Made by a program: the position numbers and the translations under genes | Shown here: piece after piece, positions 62,505-64,000 of the stretch | How the letters are laid out: each line of letters begins with the position of its first letter | Position numbering within the stretch: the first letter of the stretch is position 1 | The notes under the pieces: model-generated | The model's database searches: none | The model's input: only the letters and a program-made list of their open reading frames with translations | Told to the model about the DNA's origin: nothing | Sequence record: PZ445554.1 | Strand: one strand, 5' to 3' | Length of the DNA stretch: 64,000 bases | Source of the DNA: a phage

Positions 62505-62784
62505 ATTGAATCACCTTCAGTTGACGTTTTAGCTCTTTTATCATCTCTTCGTTCATCGCAATATAAAGATCGCGTAAAGCAGGTTTTATCATTCCATTTA
62601 TTGGGGAACTAAATGGGCATACATAATCTTTTCCTACGAGCTTTTTAGTGAATTCCATATCACAAAACTGAAATGCAGGTTCATTAGCATAAATTCCCCA
62701 ATTGGTTGACATCATTTTATTGGCATATTCCAATGCTTGGATTTGATTAGTAATTCCATCAATTTGAAACTTTTTAATATTCAT
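62488..62784 (-). CDS. hypothetical protein (arn.2 position)
   Basis: 98-aa ORF. Confidence 0.65.
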   Translation of the reverse strand: MNIKKFQIDGITNQIQALEYANKMMSTNWGIYANEPAFQFCDMEFTKKLVGKDYVCPFSSPINGMIKPALRDLYIAMNEEMIKELKRQLKVIQFGQGN

Positions 62785-63251
62785 TAGTAAAGGTCCTCGG
62801 AGTAAAGTTCTTTTTCACTACCACCACGTTCAATACGCACTTGTCCAGCGTAAGTTGCAATAATCATTGCTTCTTCACGTGTCCAGTAATTGCTATACTG
62901 GTCAATAAATCCTTGGTCTTCACCACAAACATGGTCTGATACAAGTTTATCACTTACCTGGTCAAGAACTTCAGCCATATCTTTAGAATAATGACGAGCA
63001 CCAGGAATAACCAGAGTCCCACCATCTTTTAACTTAAAGCGGTTGGCTGCACACACAATTCGACGTTGATATTTTTCATTATTGTTCCAATGAGCTACTT
63101 GCCAACAGATTTCAGGAACCTCTTCTAAAACATCCTCTTCCGTATATTCGGTGTAGTCGCCATAGGCCTGTAATTTAGCTGCTAGACTTTCTGGAGTTTC
63201 ACGTAATAAAGCCAGGTCTAATAATTCAAGACGCTCTTTGAAGGTTTTCAT
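62784..63251 (-). CDS. hypothetical protein (arn.3 position)
   Basis: 155-aa ORF. Confidence 0.7.
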   Translation of the reverse strand: MKTFKERLELLDLALLRETPESLAAKLQAYGDYTEYTEEDVLEEVPEICWQVAHWNNNEKYQRRIVCAANRFKLKDGGTLVIPGARHYSKDMAEVLDQVSDKLVSDHVCGEDQGFIDQYSNYWTREEAMIIATYAGQVRIERGGSEKELYSEDLY

Positions 63252-63403
63252 TTGGTTTCCTCAACACTTTTAATTTTTATAGCTTGTTTAGAACTTTCAA
63301 AGCATTGACAATATACTCTTACCGCATCAAACTGGTTGGCCGCTTTAAGATGGACTACACCTTCGCCGTTATAAAATTCTACAACAATTTTAAATGTTTT
63401 CAT
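63248..63403 (-). CDS. hypothetical small protein, 51 aa (arn.4 position)
   Basis: Not in track. Hand-translated [51 protein letters not shown]; AAGGA SD 9 nt upstream; ATGA overlaps at both ends. Confidence 0.6.
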   Translation of the reverse strand: MKTFKIVVEFYNGEGVVHLKAANQFDAVRVYCQCFESSKQAIKIKSVEETK

Positions 63404-63729
63404 TTAAACCATCCTTTAATACGTTGCCATAAAGTTTTCTGTTGAGCTTTGTTAACACCAATTGAGCGAATAACTGGTTGAGATTCATGGAATTCTTTAT
63501 AATCAGCAAGGTAAATTTCGTAAGCTGAATCCATAAAGGAACTTATAGCTGCCATGAAATTATTGCGAATACCTACTGGAGCATCTTTACTTTCACGAAT
63601 AATCATGTATTTACCAGTCTTAATCTTTACAATAGTTCCAAGATAAGCCCCATGGTACCAGATGTCCCATCCCTCTTGAGTGGGTTCTGCGCAACGACGA
63701 AGTTCATTAATAATTTCTAACTTGTTCAT
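63400..63729 (-). CDS. hypothetical protein (motA.1 position)
   Basis: 109-aa ORF; AGGAA SD. Confidence 0.7.
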   Translation of the reverse strand: MNKLEIINELRRCAEPTQEGWDIWYHGAYLGTIVKIKTGKYMIIRESKDAPVGIRNNFMAAISSFMDSAYEIYLADYKEFHESQPVIRSIGVNKAQQKTLWQRIKGWFK

Positions 63730-63739
63730 TATTTATTCC

Positions 63740-64000
63740 TCACAGTTCAGACGCTACGGTGATTACTGCTTCAATGTTTTCTGCCGAGCGTTTAATGTCA
63801 AGATACACATTACCGTTTTTAGCGATTTTACATGACATTCCGATATCAGTAAATTTCTGAATATGATGTTCCATCATTTTGTATCCAAAAATTCGCATAT
63901 TTCCATTGTTGTTAATTTCAAAATTACGAATTCCGTGAGTGCGTTTTTCTAAAATAGCGAGATAGTTACTGCGGTAAGTTTCAACCTTTTTAAGAACAAA
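63740..64000 (-). CDS. motA: MotA middle-transcription activator, C-terminal part (runs off window)
   Basis: Open frame to window edge; hand-translated C-terminus ...NIEAVITVASEL matches my recollection of the MotA DNA-binding domain end. Confidence 0.8.
   Translation of the reverse strand, partial: FVLKKVETYRSNYLAILEKRTHGIRNFEINNNGNMRIFGYKMMEHHIQKFTDIGMSCKIAKNGNVYLDIKRSAENIEAVITVASEL

Overview
This 64-kb window is a contiguous stretch of a T4-like (Tevenvirinae) Escherichia phage genome, collinear with the T4 map from gene 18 (tail sheath) through motA. Gene calls rest on my recognition of T4-family protein sequences in the supplied ORF track plus signals I read directly in the DNA; no database search was run. 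The plus strand carries late structural genes (18, 19, 20, 67, 68, 21, 22, 23, 24, uvsW, 51, 27, 28, 29, 48, 54, 34-38, t). The minus strand carries early/middle genes (rnlB, hoc, inh, uvsY, 25, 26, alt, 30 and the 30.x cluster, rIII, 31, cd, pseT, spanins, alc, rnlA, denA, nrdB, nrdA, td, frd, 32, 59, 33, dsbA, rnh, asiA, arn, motA). I found no tRNA, rRNA, CRISPR array, integrase or transposase. Regulatory architecture is readable by eye: 16 late-promoter TATAAATA boxes, nine early promoters of one family (GTTTAC -35, 17-bp spacer, TGn-extended -10), a MotA-box middle promoter at uvsY, the gene 32 translational-operator pseudoknot, and many stem-loop terminators. The track counts TTG/GTG as starts, so I moved several starts to the in-frame ATG with a Shine-Dalgarno; other track starts were kept. 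This is largely a canonical T-even region, not an obviously new system. The most notable points are: (1) a tandem, full-length Alt-type ADP-ribosyltransferase paralog; (2) a NADAR-like protein (30.3) and a HAD-like hydrolase (30.2) in the same cluster; (3) a Hoc gene with an extra Ig-like domain from an in-gene tandem duplication; (4) a T2-type receptor module (gp37 with a C-terminal chaperone-like domain plus a glycine-rich gp38 adhesin); (5) continuous td and nrdB genes with an extra small ORF between frd and td; (6) a 54-bp promoter/leader cassette shared by alc and alt.-3.
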